Of a DNA stretch of 64,000 bases, positions 45,857-55,544 are shown piece after piece. The stretch is from an uncultured Actinomycetota bacterium. GTDB taxonomy: Bacteria > Actinomycetota > Actinomycetes > S36-B12 > UBA5976. A program made the position numbers and the translations under genes. The DNA is taken from contig CAWATP010000033.1 of the NCBI GenBank assembly GCA_963784905.1, forward strand, positions 6,699-70,698, read 5' to 3'. Numbering within the stretch: the first letter of the stretch is position 1; every line of letters begins with the position of its first letter. The notes under the pieces are model-generated. The model ran no database searches and was not told where the DNA came from. It saw only the letters and a list, made by a program, of their open reading frames with translations.

Positions 45857-46465
45857 TCAGGCCGGTGCCTTGATGCCATTCATAAGCAGGGACACCAGCG
45901 TCGATATCTGGTCCGATGGGCTTTCAGCAGCTTGCGGCGCACTGGTTGGGGAAACCATCACACCGAATAGGGAACTCAGCAGCAGCACGGCGACCTGACG
46001 GGGGTCAACGTCCATGCGAACCCGGCCCAAAGTGGCCTCCTTTTGCAGGTATTGGCCTATCGCCTCGGGCGGCGATAACAAGCCTGGGATGAGTTCAGGC
46101 GGCTCCATTGTTTGACGCCGTTTGACCAGCTCTGGGTCGCTGATCAGTGCAATCTCCAAAGGAAGGAGTTCCTGCCGCAACTCCAAGAGTCCGCGTAGTG
46201 CACGTTCAAGGTTGGACTCCACAGTCGCAGTTCCGGCAAGATCCGGAAGGGTCGCCAGTTCTTCGATGATGGACTGACTTCCGCTGACGGCCGTCGCGAA
46301 GAAGAGCGCAACTTTGTCAGGGAAGTGACGATAGATGGTGCCTTCGGCGACGCCTGCCGCCTGCGCGATGGCTTTAGTCGTCGCCTTCGCGTAGCCGACG
46401 TTGCGTACGACTTCACCGGTGGCCGCGATGAGCTTCTTGCGGGTGTCATCGCCTCGCGTGGTCAC
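45857..46465 (-). CDS. TetR-family transcriptional regulator
   Basis: N-terminal HTH region KATTKAIAQAAGVAEGTIYRHFPDK. Last gene of the ABC operon. Confidence 0.9.
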   Translation of the reverse strand: MTTRGDDTRKKLIAATGEVVRNVGYAKATTKAIAQAAGVAEGTIYRHFPDKVALFFATAVSGSQSIIEELATLPDLAGTATVESNLERALRGLLELRQELLPLEIALISDPELVKRRQTMEPPELIPGLLSPPEAIGQYLQKEATLGRVRMDVDPRQVAVLLLSSLFGVMVSPTSAPQAAESPSDQISTLVSLLMNGIKAPA

Positions 46466-46480
46466 TTGGGCTCCTCATCG

Positions 46481-47272
46481 TCAGACCGTGATGTCGCGTC
46501 GATTGGTGACCAACGTAGCGATGAACAGGCTGACAAGCACGTAAGCGATCGCTAAACCGGAGGCGCTTGCATAGTTCATGGATTCGTTGCCGCCTGCAGC
46601 GAAGGCTCGCATGGTCGAACCGAGGAGCCAGCTTGGGCTATTCAAAGCCATGCCAAGGATCGACTCGACCACGAGAACATATCCGATGCCGATGGAGATA
46701 GCTGCGGGCGAGGAGCGGAGAACCGTGGCAAGTGCGAGGCCGATCGCCCCCCAGACGAGCATCGAACCGTAGGCGTTGACCCAAGCGGAAGCGATGACGG
46801 AGCCGTCGCTACCCCAGGCGTCGGTAGGGATGCCCGCCGCACCTGCGGCTGCAGGAGCAACAACTACGCACATGACGGTGGCGACGGTGCTTGCAGCTGC
46901 GGTGATAAGGGCCAGACTGAGGGTCTTTCCCATCACAAGTTTCCACCGCCGTGGCTCGGCTGTGGCTAGCAGACGAATCAACCCCGTCTGGTAGTCGCCT
47001 GCTCCCGCGATGGCCCAGAACGCGAGCGCGACTACACCGAACATTGAGGCGGCAGCCGAAAGGCCGGCGACCACACCGGTGGGCGCTGCTAGTTCAAGAG
47101 CAGTTGGGAATGCAACGCCGGGGCCATTTGGCATCCCGGATTGTTCGGTGGCTGAAGAGAACATGATCATGTTCACCATCACCGCGAACAGAGCGGTTAA
47201 CCCGAACCACCCCGCGAGCAATCGCGGCCGGAAAAGTCGAACAAGTTCACTTCTCACTACTCGCATCATCAC
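46481..47272 (-). CDS. ABC-2-type transporter permease
   Basis: About six predicted hydrophobic helices. Start overlaps the stop of the upstream ATPase. Confidence 0.75.
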   Translation of the reverse strand: MMMRVVRSELVRLFRPRLLAGWFGLTALFAVMVNMIMFSSATEQSGMPNGPGVAFPTALELAAPTGVVAGLSAAASMFGVVALAFWAIAGAGDYQTGLIRLLATAEPRRWKLVMGKTLSLALITAAASTVATVMCVVVAPAAAGAAGIPTDAWGSDGSVIASAWVNAYGSMLVWGAIGLALATVLRSSPAAISIGIGYVLVVESILGMALNSPSWLLGSTMRAFAAGGNESMNYASASGLAIAYVLVSLFIATLVTNRRDITV

Positions 47273-48219
47273 GCCACATCCTTCGCTGCCGTCGCGCGCA
47301 GTTCCGCGAGCACGGCGTCGTTTTCACCTGTCATTTGCAGGAATACTGACTCGAGCGTTTCCTGCACCACCACGATGCTGGTCAACGTGATTCCGGCCGA
47401 CGCGGCCGTTCGATTCACCGCTGCGGAGGCGGCCGGTTCGCCAATGATGCGCAGATCATTGTTGACCTGCTGCACGGCGTAGCCTTCGGACGCGAGCAAC
47501 GACTCAAGCCTCGACATGTCCTGTTCGTATTCCGGTCGAACGTCCACGTGTGATGCGGCCCGCATCAGCAGCTCATCGATCGGGCCCGAGAACATGATTT
47601 CGCCGAACCGAATGACGACAATATGGGAGCAGGCGGCTTCAATCTCTGCCAAAAGATGCGACGACACGATCACGGTCCGATCCTCTGAGGCCAGCCGGCG
47701 CAGCAGCCCACGGATCTCGACGATCCCAGCAGGGTCCAGGCCATTCGTGGGTTCATCGAGGATGAGCAATTCCGGATCAGGAAGCAAAGCTGCGGCGATG
47801 CCCAAGCGTTGCTTCATGCCTAACGAGAAGTTCTTGACAGGTTCGCGCTCGCGTCCCTGGAGCCCAACGATGTCGAGCACCTGCTCGACTCGTGTTGCTG
47901 GGAGGCCGCGGAGTAGCGCCAACGACCGCAGGTTGTTCCGCGCTGACAGGCTCGGCACGAAGGCAGGGTTCTCAATGAGCGCGCCCACTCGAGAAACATA
48001 CGAACTGGGGTTATCGATCGGGCCAGACAAGACCTGCGCGGTGCCTCGGGTGGGCCGAATGAGCCCCAGAAGCAGCCGTATCAACGTCGACTTACCCGAT
48101 CCGTTCGGGCCAACCAGACCGATTACTCCGCCTCGCGGGATGTCCAGGGTGAGGTCGTGTACTGCCGTGACCTTCCCGAAGTCCCTCCGCAACGACTGAG
48201 TGGAGACGGAATATGCCAT
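47269..48219 (-). CDS. ABC transporter ATP-binding protein (DrrA-like)
   Basis: Walker A GPNGSGKST, signature FSLGMKQRL and Walker B LLILDEP. GGAGGA Shine-Dalgarno sequence before ATG 48219 (ORF is open to 48249). Confidence 0.9.
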   Translation of the reverse strand: MAYSVSTQSLRRDFGKVTAVHDLTLDIPRGGVIGLVGPNGSGKSTLIRLLLGLIRPTRGTAQVLSGPIDNPSSYVSRVGALIENPAFVPSLSARNNLRSLALLRGLPATRVEQVLDIVGLQGREREPVKNFSLGMKQRLGIAAALLPDPELLILDEPTNGLDPAGIVEIRGLLRRLASEDRTVIVSSHLLAEIEAACSHIVVIRFGEIMFSGPIDELLMRAASHVDVRPEYEQDMSRLESLLASEGYAVQQVNNDLRIIGEPAASAAVNRTAASAGITLTSIVVVQETLESVFLQMTGENDAVLAELRATAAKDVA

Positions 48220-48231
48220 CATTCCTCCATT

Positions 48232-48259
48232 AAGTATGTGAGTGCTCACTCACATACTT
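48232..48259. promoter_or_regulatory. 13-bp perfect inverted repeat, candidate TetR operator
   Basis: AAGTATGTGAGTG-CT-CACTCACATACTT immediately upstream of the Shine-Dalgarno sequence of the ABC-TetR operon. Confidence 0.55.
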
Positions 48260-48393
48260 CCGGAACCGGAGTTCGATTGTCAAGCGGCGGCTGCGCAGGG
48301 CGACAAGGGATGCCGGAATCGGTGCGAGTTTGGGGGTAAGCGCCGTTACGGCGGAACGGAGCTACTGACCGCGACGGCCGAGGGGCTCACGCA

Positions 48394-48399
48394 TAGGCT
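48394..48399 (+). promoter_or_regulatory. Candidate -10 hexamer TAGGCT, 6 nt before GTG 48406
   Basis: TANNNT-N6-GTG. Confidence 0.4.
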
Positions 48400-48405
48400 C
48401 GCGCC

Positions 48406-48870
48406 GTGGATTTCGAGGACATGCTCAAAGTCGGAGCTGCGGCGATTGTGCGTCACGATGCTGAAGCTGGTTGGCAACTGCTGAGTGCGCGACGCACGGA
48501 ACCGCCGGTTGCAGCTGGTCTTTGGGAGTTCCCCGGTGGCAAAGTCGACCCAGGAGAGACGGCGAAGCAATGCGTCAGTCGTGAGATCCGCGAGGAACTC
48601 GGCATCGACCTGACGCTGCATGAGCAGATCGTCGGGCCGCTTCGCGGCTGGTGGGAGCTGGTCGAGCACATTGCCTTCGAATTATGGCTGTGCACGGTCG
48701 TTGAGGGCCAAGAGCCGGTGATCTTGGAAGATCATGACGCACTGGCTTGGCTCGGCGTCGACGATCTCGAATCTGTCCCGTGGATCCCGGCGGACCTACC
48801 CTTGGTGCGCTTGCTGTCTGGCGTCCTGCGCGTTGCAAACGAGACGGGCACCTTCCCAACCACCAGTTGA
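48406..48870 (+). CDS. NUDIX hydrolase, MutT-like
   Basis: Nudix box [32 protein letters not shown]. Confidence 0.8.
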   Translation: MDFEDMLKVGAAAIVRHDAEAGWQLLSARRTEPPVAAGLWEFPGGKVDPGETAKQCVSREIREELGIDLTLHEQIVGPLRGWWELVEHIAFELWLCTVVEGQEPVILEDHDALAWLGVDDLESVPWIPADLPLVRLLSGVLRVANETGTFPTTS

Positions 48871-48871
48871 A

Positions 48872-48938
48872 CTGCGCTTCACTGTCGAATCTGTTCAGAC
48901 ACGCCGAGAAAGCGAACCGTTTCGACAGTGAAGCGCAG
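48872..48938. other. 18-bp perfect inverted repeat with 31-nt loop
   Basis: CTGCGCTTCACTGTCGAA (48872-48889) and TTCGACAGTGAAGCGCAG (48921-48938). Starts 2 nt after the NUDIX stop. Confidence 0.85.
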
Positions 48939-48963
48939 GGAATGGCCGGCACTCGGGGCGATC

Positions 48964-48969
48964 TAGACT
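48964..48969 (+). promoter_or_regulatory. Candidate -10 hexamer TAGACT, 7 nt before the miaB ATG
   Basis: TANNNT-N7-ATG. Confidence 0.4.
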
Positions 48970-48976
48970 TGGTGTT

Positions 48977-50467
48977 ATGTCCGAATCCACTCGCCTTGGC
49001 GCTGACTTCATGCCGACGCCGGCCACTGGCTCTGCCGACGCCCGCACCTACGAGGTGCGCACGTACGGCTGCCAGATGAATGCGCACGATTCGGAGCGCA
49101 TGGCGGGTCTGCTGGAGTCCGCTGGCTACGTGCCCGCCGACGAGGGCCGGCTGGCGGACCTTGTCGTCTACAACACCTGCGCGGTGCGCGACAACGCTGA
49201 CCAACGCCTCTATGGCAACGTTGGCGCATTGGCGGCTCGCAAGCCCGAGAACCCGGGTATGCAAATCGCTATCGGCGGATGCCTAGCGCAAAAAGACCAG
49301 GCCGCGATGCTGAAGAAGATGCCGTGGGTCGACGTGGTCTTTGGCACCCACAACATCGGCTCGCTGCCGGGCCTCTTGGAGAAAGCTCGATTCACCGGCG
49401 AGGCGCAGGCCGAACTGCTCGAGGAACTGGCGGGATTCCCCTCCGAGCTTCCGACCAAGCGCGAGTCCACATACGCCGCGTGGGTAAGTATCAGCGTTGG
49501 GTGTAACAACACCTGCACCTTCTGCATCGTGCCGTCGTTGCGCGGCAAGGAGAAAGACCGCCGTCCCGGCGAAATCCTGAGCGAGATCACGGCACTTGTC
49601 GCCGAGGGTGTCATAGAGGTGACACTGCTGGGCCAGAACGTCAACGCGTTCGGCGTCGAGTTCGGCGACAAGCAGGCCTTCGCGAAACTGCTGCGGGCGT
49701 GTGGCGAGATCGAGGGTCTCGAGCGGGTGCGTTTCGTGTCGCCGCACCCCAAAGACTTCACCGACGACGTCATCGCAGCGATGGTCGAAACGCCGAACGT
49801 CATGCCGCAACTGCACATGCCTCTGCAGTCCGGCAGCGACCGCGTGCTGGCCGAAATGCGACGGTCATACCGCACCGATCGCTATATGGGCATTCTTGAT
49901 GCAGTTCGCGAAGCCTTGCCGAATGCCAACGTCACCACCGACATCATCGTGGGCTTCCCGGGCGAAACCGACGAGGATTTCGAAGCGACGCTGGACGTTG
50001 TGCGACGCGCTCGATTCAGTGGGGCATACACCTTCCAGTACTCGCCGCGCCCTGGTACGCCTGCCGGTATTCGCGAGGATCAGATTGCGCCGGAGATAGT
50101 TTCTGAGCGCTACATGCGCCTTGTCGAGTTGCAGAACGACATTGCTTGGCAAGAGAACAAGAAGTTGATTGGCGAAGAGGTCGAAGTGATCGTCGCTGAG
50201 CATGAAGGCAAGAAGGATGCGCACAACCAGCGACTGACCGGTCGTAGCCGAGACAACCGCTTGGTGCACGTGGCGATTCCTGCTGAGCCGGTGCGCCCAG
50301 GGGACATCGTTACCGCACGGGTCACCTACGCCGCGCCGTACCACCTCATCGCGGACGACATCATCGCCGTGCGTCGGACCCGGGCCGGCGAAGCATGGGA
50401 CGCCCGTCGCACGACTAGCCCGGCCGGAGTGACCCTCGGCATGCCAGCCATCCGCCAGGACCTGTAG
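48977..50467 (+). CDS. miaB: tRNA-i6A37 methylthiotransferase
   Basis: UPF0004 domain [11 protein letters not shown], radical-SAM [11 protein letters not shown] and a C-terminal TRAM domain. Confidence 0.95.
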   Translation: MSESTRLGADFMPTPATGSADARTYEVRTYGCQMNAHDSERMAGLLESAGYVPADEGRLADLVVYNTCAVRDNADQRLYGNVGALAARKPENPGMQIAIGGCLAQKDQAAMLKKMPWVDVVFGTHNIGSLPGLLEKARFTGEAQAELLEELAGFPSELPTKRESTYAAWVSISVGCNNTCTFCIVPSLRGKEKDRRPGEILSEITALVAEGVIEVTLLGQNVNAFGVEFGDKQAFAKLLRACGEIEGLERVRFVSPHPKDFTDDVIAAMVETPNVMPQLHMPLQSGSDRVLAEMRRSYRTDRYMGILDAVREALPNANVTTDIIVGFPGETDEDFEATLDVVRRARFSGAYTFQYSPRPGTPAGIREDQIAPEIVSERYMRLVELQNDIAWQENKKLIGEEVEVIVAEHEGKKDAHNQRLTGRSRDNRLVHVAIPAEPVRPGDIVTARVTYAAPYHLIADDIIAVRRTRAGEAWDARRTTSPAGVTLGMPAIRQDL

Positions 50468-50472
50468 GCGCC

Positions 50473-51381
50473 ATGCGTCCGGTCGTGGCGGTGGTTGGAC
50501 CGACGGCTTCGGGCAAGAGCGACCTCGCCGTGGACATCGCGCTTGCGCGCAACGGTGAAGTGATCAATCTCGATGCGTCGCAGATCTACCGCGGCATGGA
50601 CATCGGCACCGCGAAGATGTCGGTCGCTGAGCGTCGTGGAGTACCGCACCACTTGCTCGACGTGCTGGATCTGCACACCGCGTCGACGGTTGCTGATTTC
50701 CAGGCCTTGGCGCGGGCCGCAATCGATGACATCCGTGGCCGCGATCGGCTGCCCGTTTGCGTTGGTGGATCGGGTCTGTATGTGCGCGCAGTGTTGGAGA
50801 ACATGGAATTCCCCGCCACTGATCCGGACGTTCGTGCGCGGTTTGAAGCTGAGCTTGCGGCCAGCGACTCGGCAACCATGCATGCTCGCCTTGCCGCAAT
50901 AGATCCTGAGGCCGCCGCAGCGATCGTCCCGAACGATGCCCGGCGCGTGGTGCGTGCACTCGAGGTCATTGCGCTAACGGGCGGCCCCTACGTCGCCACC
51001 CTGCCTGAGCATTCGCAGCGTGAGCCAGACGTGCGCATTGGGTTGCGCGTGCCCAAGGAAGCGCAGGCGGCTCGCATCCGTCTACGTGTGCAGCGGATGT
51101 GGGAGGCCGGTCTCGTTGACGAGGTTCGAGAACTCGAGTCGCTCGGTCTACGCGAAGGCGTGACGGCCTGCAAGGCGTTGGGATATCAGCAAGTACTGGA
51201 GTTCCTGGCTGGCGAGTGCACCGAGGCCGAGGCCTTTGCAGCGACCGTGCAGGGCACCAACCGATTTGCCCGCCGTCAGATGCAGTGGTTCAAACGAGAT
51301 ACGCAGATCCACTGGCTTGCCTTTGATGATCCTGAACTGACGGAAAAGGCGCTGACGATCGTTGATGCGTCACACGATTGA
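50473..51381 (+). CDS. miaA: tRNA dimethylallyltransferase
   Basis: P-loop GPTASGKS. DASQIYRGMDIGTAK. Confidence 0.95.
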   Translation: MRPVVAVVGPTASGKSDLAVDIALARNGEVINLDASQIYRGMDIGTAKMSVAERRGVPHHLLDVLDLHTASTVADFQALARAAIDDIRGRDRLPVCVGGSGLYVRAVLENMEFPATDPDVRARFEAELAASDSATMHARLAAIDPEAAAAIVPNDARRVVRALEVIALTGGPYVATLPEHSQREPDVRIGLRVPKEAQAARIRLRVQRMWEAGLVDEVRELESLGLREGVTACKALGYQQVLEFLAGECTEAEAFAATVQGTNRFARRQMQWFKRDTQIHWLAFDDPELTEKALTIVDASHD

Positions 51382-52164
51382 GTGATTCTCGGCGGTCGCG
51401 CCGCGTTCGAGGTAGTACTCGCATCCGAACCAGCGGAGGTACAACCACTCGGGCATGCGCAATAGCAGGCTCACCGTGCGCGGGACGCCTCCGCCGGTTG
51501 CCTGCGATGCATGTGCTCGCAAGGAATCTCGCTTGACGCCGGCAAACAAGCGCACATCGATGACATGGGTGATTTCGCGCTGTGCCGCAAAAGCATCATC
51601 GAATGCCGTGGGGTCGAAAGCTTTGACGAACCAGCGCAGCCAGCCGAACCAGTGCATCGCACGGGCGAAGCGATCGCGGGGGAGGGTGGCCTCCAGAATG
51701 CGCGGCACGCCGGCCGCGGCCGCAGCTTCGTAGACAATTTCATGCACGGCGATGTGATCGGGATGACCGTAACCCCCGTTCTGGTCGTAACCGATGACGA
51801 TCCCAGCGGCTTCGTCGCGAAGGATTGAGGCAAGCCGGCCAACAACTTGCTCGCGTTCTGCATACACCAGCGGCATGGGGGCATCCTGTTGCGGAAGCAC
51901 TTCTGCGTTCAGGCCGGAATCGCCGTAGCCCAGCCAATACACCTCGGTAACGCCCAACACCTGGGCCGAGGCCTCCAGTTCTGCATGACGTACGGTTGCG
52001 AGGTCATGGTGCTGCGCATGCGCGTCGGCTAAGCCCGCGGCCCCGTCGGTGGCAACTACCAGCACGACTCGGTGCCCCTGCGCCGCGAGCAGCGCCATCG
52101 TGCCCGAAGTCAGCAGCGCCTCATCATCAGGATGCGCATGCACGAACACGACGGTGTAGGTCAT
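51370..52164 (-). CDS. PIG-L/LmbE-family N-acetylglucosaminyl deacetylase
   Basis: AHPDDE motif and HPDH motif. ORF is open to 52200. Its 3' end overlaps the miaA 3' end by 12 nt. Confidence 0.8.
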   Translation of the reverse strand: MTYTVVFVHAHPDDEALLTSGTMALLAAQGHRVVLVVATDGAAGLADAHAQHHDLATVRHAELEASAQVLGVTEVYWLGYGDSGLNAEVLPQQDAPMPLVYAEREQVVGRLASILRDEAAGIVIGYDQNGGYGHPDHIAVHEIVYEAAAAAGVPRILEATLPRDRFARAMHWFGWLRWFVKAFDPTAFDDAFAAQREITHVIDVRLFAGVKRDSLRAHASQATGGGVPRTVSLLLRMPEWLYLRWFGCEYYLERGATAENHSIV

Positions 52165-52180
52165 GTCCCTAGTCTGCCCA

Positions 52181-52186
52181 TAGATT
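52181..52186 (+). promoter_or_regulatory. Candidate -10 hexamer TAGATT, 6 nt before ATG 52193
   Basis: TANNNT-N6-ATG. Confidence 0.4.
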
Positions 52187-52192
52187 TCTTCC

Positions 52193-53269
52193 ATGCGCAT
52201 CGTGCACGTGAGTGATTGTTACCCGCCTCGGTTGGGTGGCATTGAAGTGCAGGTGCGCTCGATTGCATTAGCACAGCGTGACCGCGGTCATGAGGTCACC
52301 GTCATCACTGCGACACCAGGTCCGTTTCCAGAAGACGTCGGAATCACCGTAGTGCGGTTGGACGCGCACCTGCCGTTCGAGACACCGGTACATCCGCGCG
52401 GTGTGCCGCTGATACGCGAGCAGTTGCGTCGCATTCAGCCAGACGTCGTGCACATCCACGCCGGAGTCGTATCGCCGTTCGCCTGGATGGGCATTGCAGC
52501 GGCTCAGGAATGGCCCACTGTCGTGACGGTGCACTCCATGTGGGGACAAGTGCAGCAGCGCGCGTTCAGATGGGCGCTTCGAGGCGATCTTCGCTTTGTA
52601 TTGACGGCAGTCAGCGCGGTTGCAGCGCAGCGTGTCCAAACCGCTACAAATATGCCGGTGCTCGTTACCCCCAACGCAATCGACGCAACCGCCTGGCGCG
52701 CGCTTGCGCCGATCTCTCACGATGGCGTGCACATTGTGGCCGCACTGCGTTTCGCGCCGCGCAAGCGTGCACTGGCGCTTCTCAAGATCTTGCGTGACGC
52801 TCGCGCGCTGCTGCCCCCCGATGCCAAGGTGCGCATCACCATTGCTGGTGATGGACCCTTGATGTCGAAGATGCGTGCCGCGGTTATGGACGAGGGCATG
52901 GACTGGGTCAATCTGCCGGGCCGTGTCCGCCGAGAGGATCTGCCGGCCCTCTACGCGTCAGCCGACATCTTCGTGCAACCCACCATCGCTGAATCCTTTG
53001 GATTGGCGGCACTTGAGGCGCGAGCCGCGGGGCTTGCGGTCGTTGGCCGGGCAGGTTCGGGTCTGAGTGAATTCGTCATGGACGGACTGAACGGCTACCT
53101 CTGTGCGGATGACGCAGCGATGAGCGCGTCGATCGCCCAGTTGGTCCGCGACCCGCTGCTCCTGCAGCGGCTCGTGAGTTTCAACCGGATGTCTCCTCCC
53201 ACGCACACGTGGACGTACGCATTGGCCGCGCTTGAGGTCGCCTATGGCGAGGCGCGGGCACGGAACTGA
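52193..53269 (+). CDS. GT4-family glycosyltransferase
   Basis: N-terminal MRIVHVSDCYPPRLGGIE and C-terminal E-x7-E motif ESFGLAALEARAAG. Confidence 0.85.
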   Translation: MRIVHVSDCYPPRLGGIEVQVRSIALAQRDRGHEVTVITATPGPFPEDVGITVVRLDAHLPFETPVHPRGVPLIREQLRRIQPDVVHIHAGVVSPFAWMGIAAAQEWPTVVTVHSMWGQVQQRAFRWALRGDLRFVLTAVSAVAAQRVQTATNMPVLVTPNAIDATAWRALAPISHDGVHIVAALRFAPRKRALALLKILRDARALLPPDAKVRITIAGDGPLMSKMRAAVMDEGMDWVNLPGRVRREDLPALYASADIFVQPTIAESFGLAALEARAAGLAVVGRAGSGLSEFVMDGLNGYLCADDAAMSASIAQLVRDPLLLQRLVSFNRMSPPTHTWTYALAALEVAYGEARARN

Positions 53270-53296
53270 CGCCCGTCCCGCTGTCAGCCCCGCACG

Positions 53297-53302
53297 TAGA
53301 CT
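53297..53302 (+). promoter_or_regulatory. Candidate -10 hexamer TAGACT, 6 nt before the dapF ATG
   Basis: TANNNT-N6-ATG. Confidence 0.4.
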
Positions 53303-53308
53303 GACACC

Positions 53309-54160
53309 ATGATCCGCGCGCTCAAAGGGCATGGCACTGGGAACGATTTCATCGTGGTGCCACCGCTCGCGCGCGACTTCTCTGCGGCCGAGGTGGCGCT
53401 CCTGTGCGATCGCCATTTCGGCATTGGCGCAGACGGGCTCATCCGAGTCGTGCGAACGTTTGAAGCGGACTCGGACTTCATTCGAAAGCAAGACGCGCAG
53501 TGGTTCATGGACTACCGCAACGCGGACGGCTCAATTGCCGAGATGTGCGGAAATGGCGTCCGGGTATTCGTGCATGTGCTGATTGCTGAAGGGCTGGCCG
53601 AGTTGGGTGAGTTCAACGTTGCTACCCGCGGAGGCGTGCGTACCGTGCGCATAACTGAAGCGGGCGGTGAGGTGTCGGTGGACATGGGCAAGGGCACGCC
53701 GGAGTTGCCTTCGCGTATCAGCATCGCCGAGGGTGCTTCCTTCCCCGCCGCGGGAATGTACTTCCCCAATCCACATGCAGTCGTCTTTGTTGATGATCTT
53801 GATGATGCTGGTGAACTGGTGTACATGCCGGAGTGGCATCCGGAGACCAGGTACCCCAACGGCGTGAATGTCGAGTTCGTGCGCGTGGCCGGTCCGCGTC
53901 ACTTACAGGTGCGCATTCACGAGCGCGGCGTTGGTGAGACACTCTCTTGCGGTACGGGAGTCTGCGCGGCAGTCACCGTGGCGCGTGATGCAGAAGGCGA
54001 AACCACGCCGGCCACCTGGCGCGTGGAAATAGAAGGCGGCACCGTCTTCGTTGATATCGATGCCGACGGTGAAACGACGTTGCGCGGTCCTGCGCAGATT
54101 GTCGGCACTGTAGCTATCGATGAGCAGTGGCTGAGCAGCAATGCTCACGCCACTGCATGA
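53309..54160 (+). CDS. dapF: Diaminopimelate epimerase
   Basis: GHGTGNDFIVV and catalytic Cys motifs MCGNGVR and SCGTGV. Confidence 0.95.
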   Translation: MIRALKGHGTGNDFIVVPPLARDFSAAEVALLCDRHFGIGADGLIRVVRTFEADSDFIRKQDAQWFMDYRNADGSIAEMCGNGVRVFVHVLIAEGLAELGEFNVATRGGVRTVRITEAGGEVSVDMGKGTPELPSRISIAEGASFPAAGMYFPNPHAVVFVDDLDDAGELVYMPEWHPETRYPNGVNVEFVRVAGPRHLQVRIHERGVGETLSCGTGVCAAVTVARDAEGETTPATWRVEIEGGTVFVDIDADGETTLRGPAQIVGTVAIDEQWLSSNAHATA

Positions 54161-54170
54161 CAGAGGGTTC

Positions 54171-55544
54171 ATGGCATATCCCGACGACGAGCTCGACCTC
54201 ACCACTGGCGAATACGAGCTTTCTGAGCGACAGGCGCTGCGTCGCGTCGAAGGCATGTCAACCGAGCTCGAGGACATCAGTGAGGCCGAATACCGGCAAG
54301 TGCGCCTTGAACGAGTCATCCTCGTCGGTGTTTGGACGACAGGTACGGCTAAGGACGTCGAGCGTTCAATGGCCGAACTCGCGCGCCTCGCTGAAACCGC
54401 TGGCTCCAACGTGCTGGAAGCGCTGATTCAGCGTCGTGACTACCCAGATTCATCGACGTTCATCGGTTCGGGGAAAGTGCTGGAACTGCTGGAGATTGTT
54501 CGCGCAACTGGTGCCGACACGGTCATCTGCGATGGCGACCTAGCCCCGTCCCAGCTGCGCACATTGGAAGAGCGGCTCAAGGTCAAGGTGGTTGACCGCA
54601 CTTGGTTGATCCTCGATATCTTTGCGCAACACGCGCGATCCCGAGAGGGCAAGGCGCAGGTCACGCTGGCCCAGATGCAATACCTGCTGCCACGCTTGCG
54701 GGGTTGGGGTGAGGCGCTTTCGCGACAGGCCGGAGGCATTGGTACCCGCGGTGCAGGCGAGACCAAGATCGAACTCGACCGCCGCCGCATCCGTGACTCC
54801 ATCGCCAAGATTCGGCGTGAACTCAAAGACATGGAACGCACTCGCAATGTGCAACGCCAAACGCGCAAGCGCAGCGGCGTGCCACAGGTGTCGATTGCCG
54901 GATACACGAACGCCGGCAAGTCTTCGCTGCTCAATCGACTCACCGGTGCAGGTGTCTTGGTCGAAAATGCCTTGTTCGCGACCCTGGATCCCACAGTGCG
55001 CAAGGCCAAGACGCCGTCGGGTCGCGAGATCACGCTGGCGGACACCGTGGGTTTCGTGCGCCACCTGCCGCATCAACTCGTTGAAGCCTTCCGCTCGACG
55101 CTCGAGGAAGTGTCAAATTCCGATCTGATCGTGCATGTCGTCGATGGAAGCGATGACGATCCTGAGGGCCAGATCGATGCGGTTCGCGAAGTATTCGGCG
55201 AGATCGACGCACTCAAGGTGCCGGAACTCATCGTCGTAAACAAGGCCGATCTTGCCGACCCACTCACGATTGCACGGCTCCTGCAGCGCGAACGCAACGC
55301 CATCGTGGTGTCGGCCAAGACGGGTGAAGGAATCGAGGCCCTGCTGGCCGCGATTGACGCTGCACTGCCTGGTCCCAACATCGAAGTGCGTGCGCTCGTG
55401 CCGTACACGCGCGGCGATCTCATCAGCCGCGTATTGAAGGACGGCGTCATCTTCGATCGCGAGCATCGCGAAGACGGCACCTACGTGCACGGCAAGGTCG
55501 ATGACGAACTGGCGGCCGATCTCGCGGAGTACCGCAGCACATGA
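54171..55544 (+). CDS. hflX: GTPase HflX
   Basis: HflX N-domain and G1 motif GYTNAGKSSLLNRLTG, DTVGF. AGAGGG Shine-Dalgarno sequence before ATG 54171 (ORF is open from 54141). Confidence 0.95.
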   Translation: MAYPDDELDLTTGEYELSERQALRRVEGMSTELEDISEAEYRQVRLERVILVGVWTTGTAKDVERSMAELARLAETAGSNVLEALIQRRDYPDSSTFIGSGKVLELLEIVRATGADTVICDGDLAPSQLRTLEERLKVKVVDRTWLILDIFAQHARSREGKAQVTLAQMQYLLPRLRGWGEALSRQAGGIGTRGAGETKIELDRRRIRDSIAKIRRELKDMERTRNVQRQTRKRSGVPQVSIAGYTNAGKSSLLNRLTGAGVLVENALFATLDPTVRKAKTPSGREITLADTVGFVRHLPHQLVEAFRSTLEEVSNSDLIVHVVDGSDDDPEGQIDAVREVFGEIDALKVPELIVVNKADLADPLTIARLLQRERNAIVVSAKTGEGIEALLAAIDAALPGPNIEVRALVPYTRGDLISRVLKDGVIFDREHREDGTYVHGKVDDELAADLAEYRST

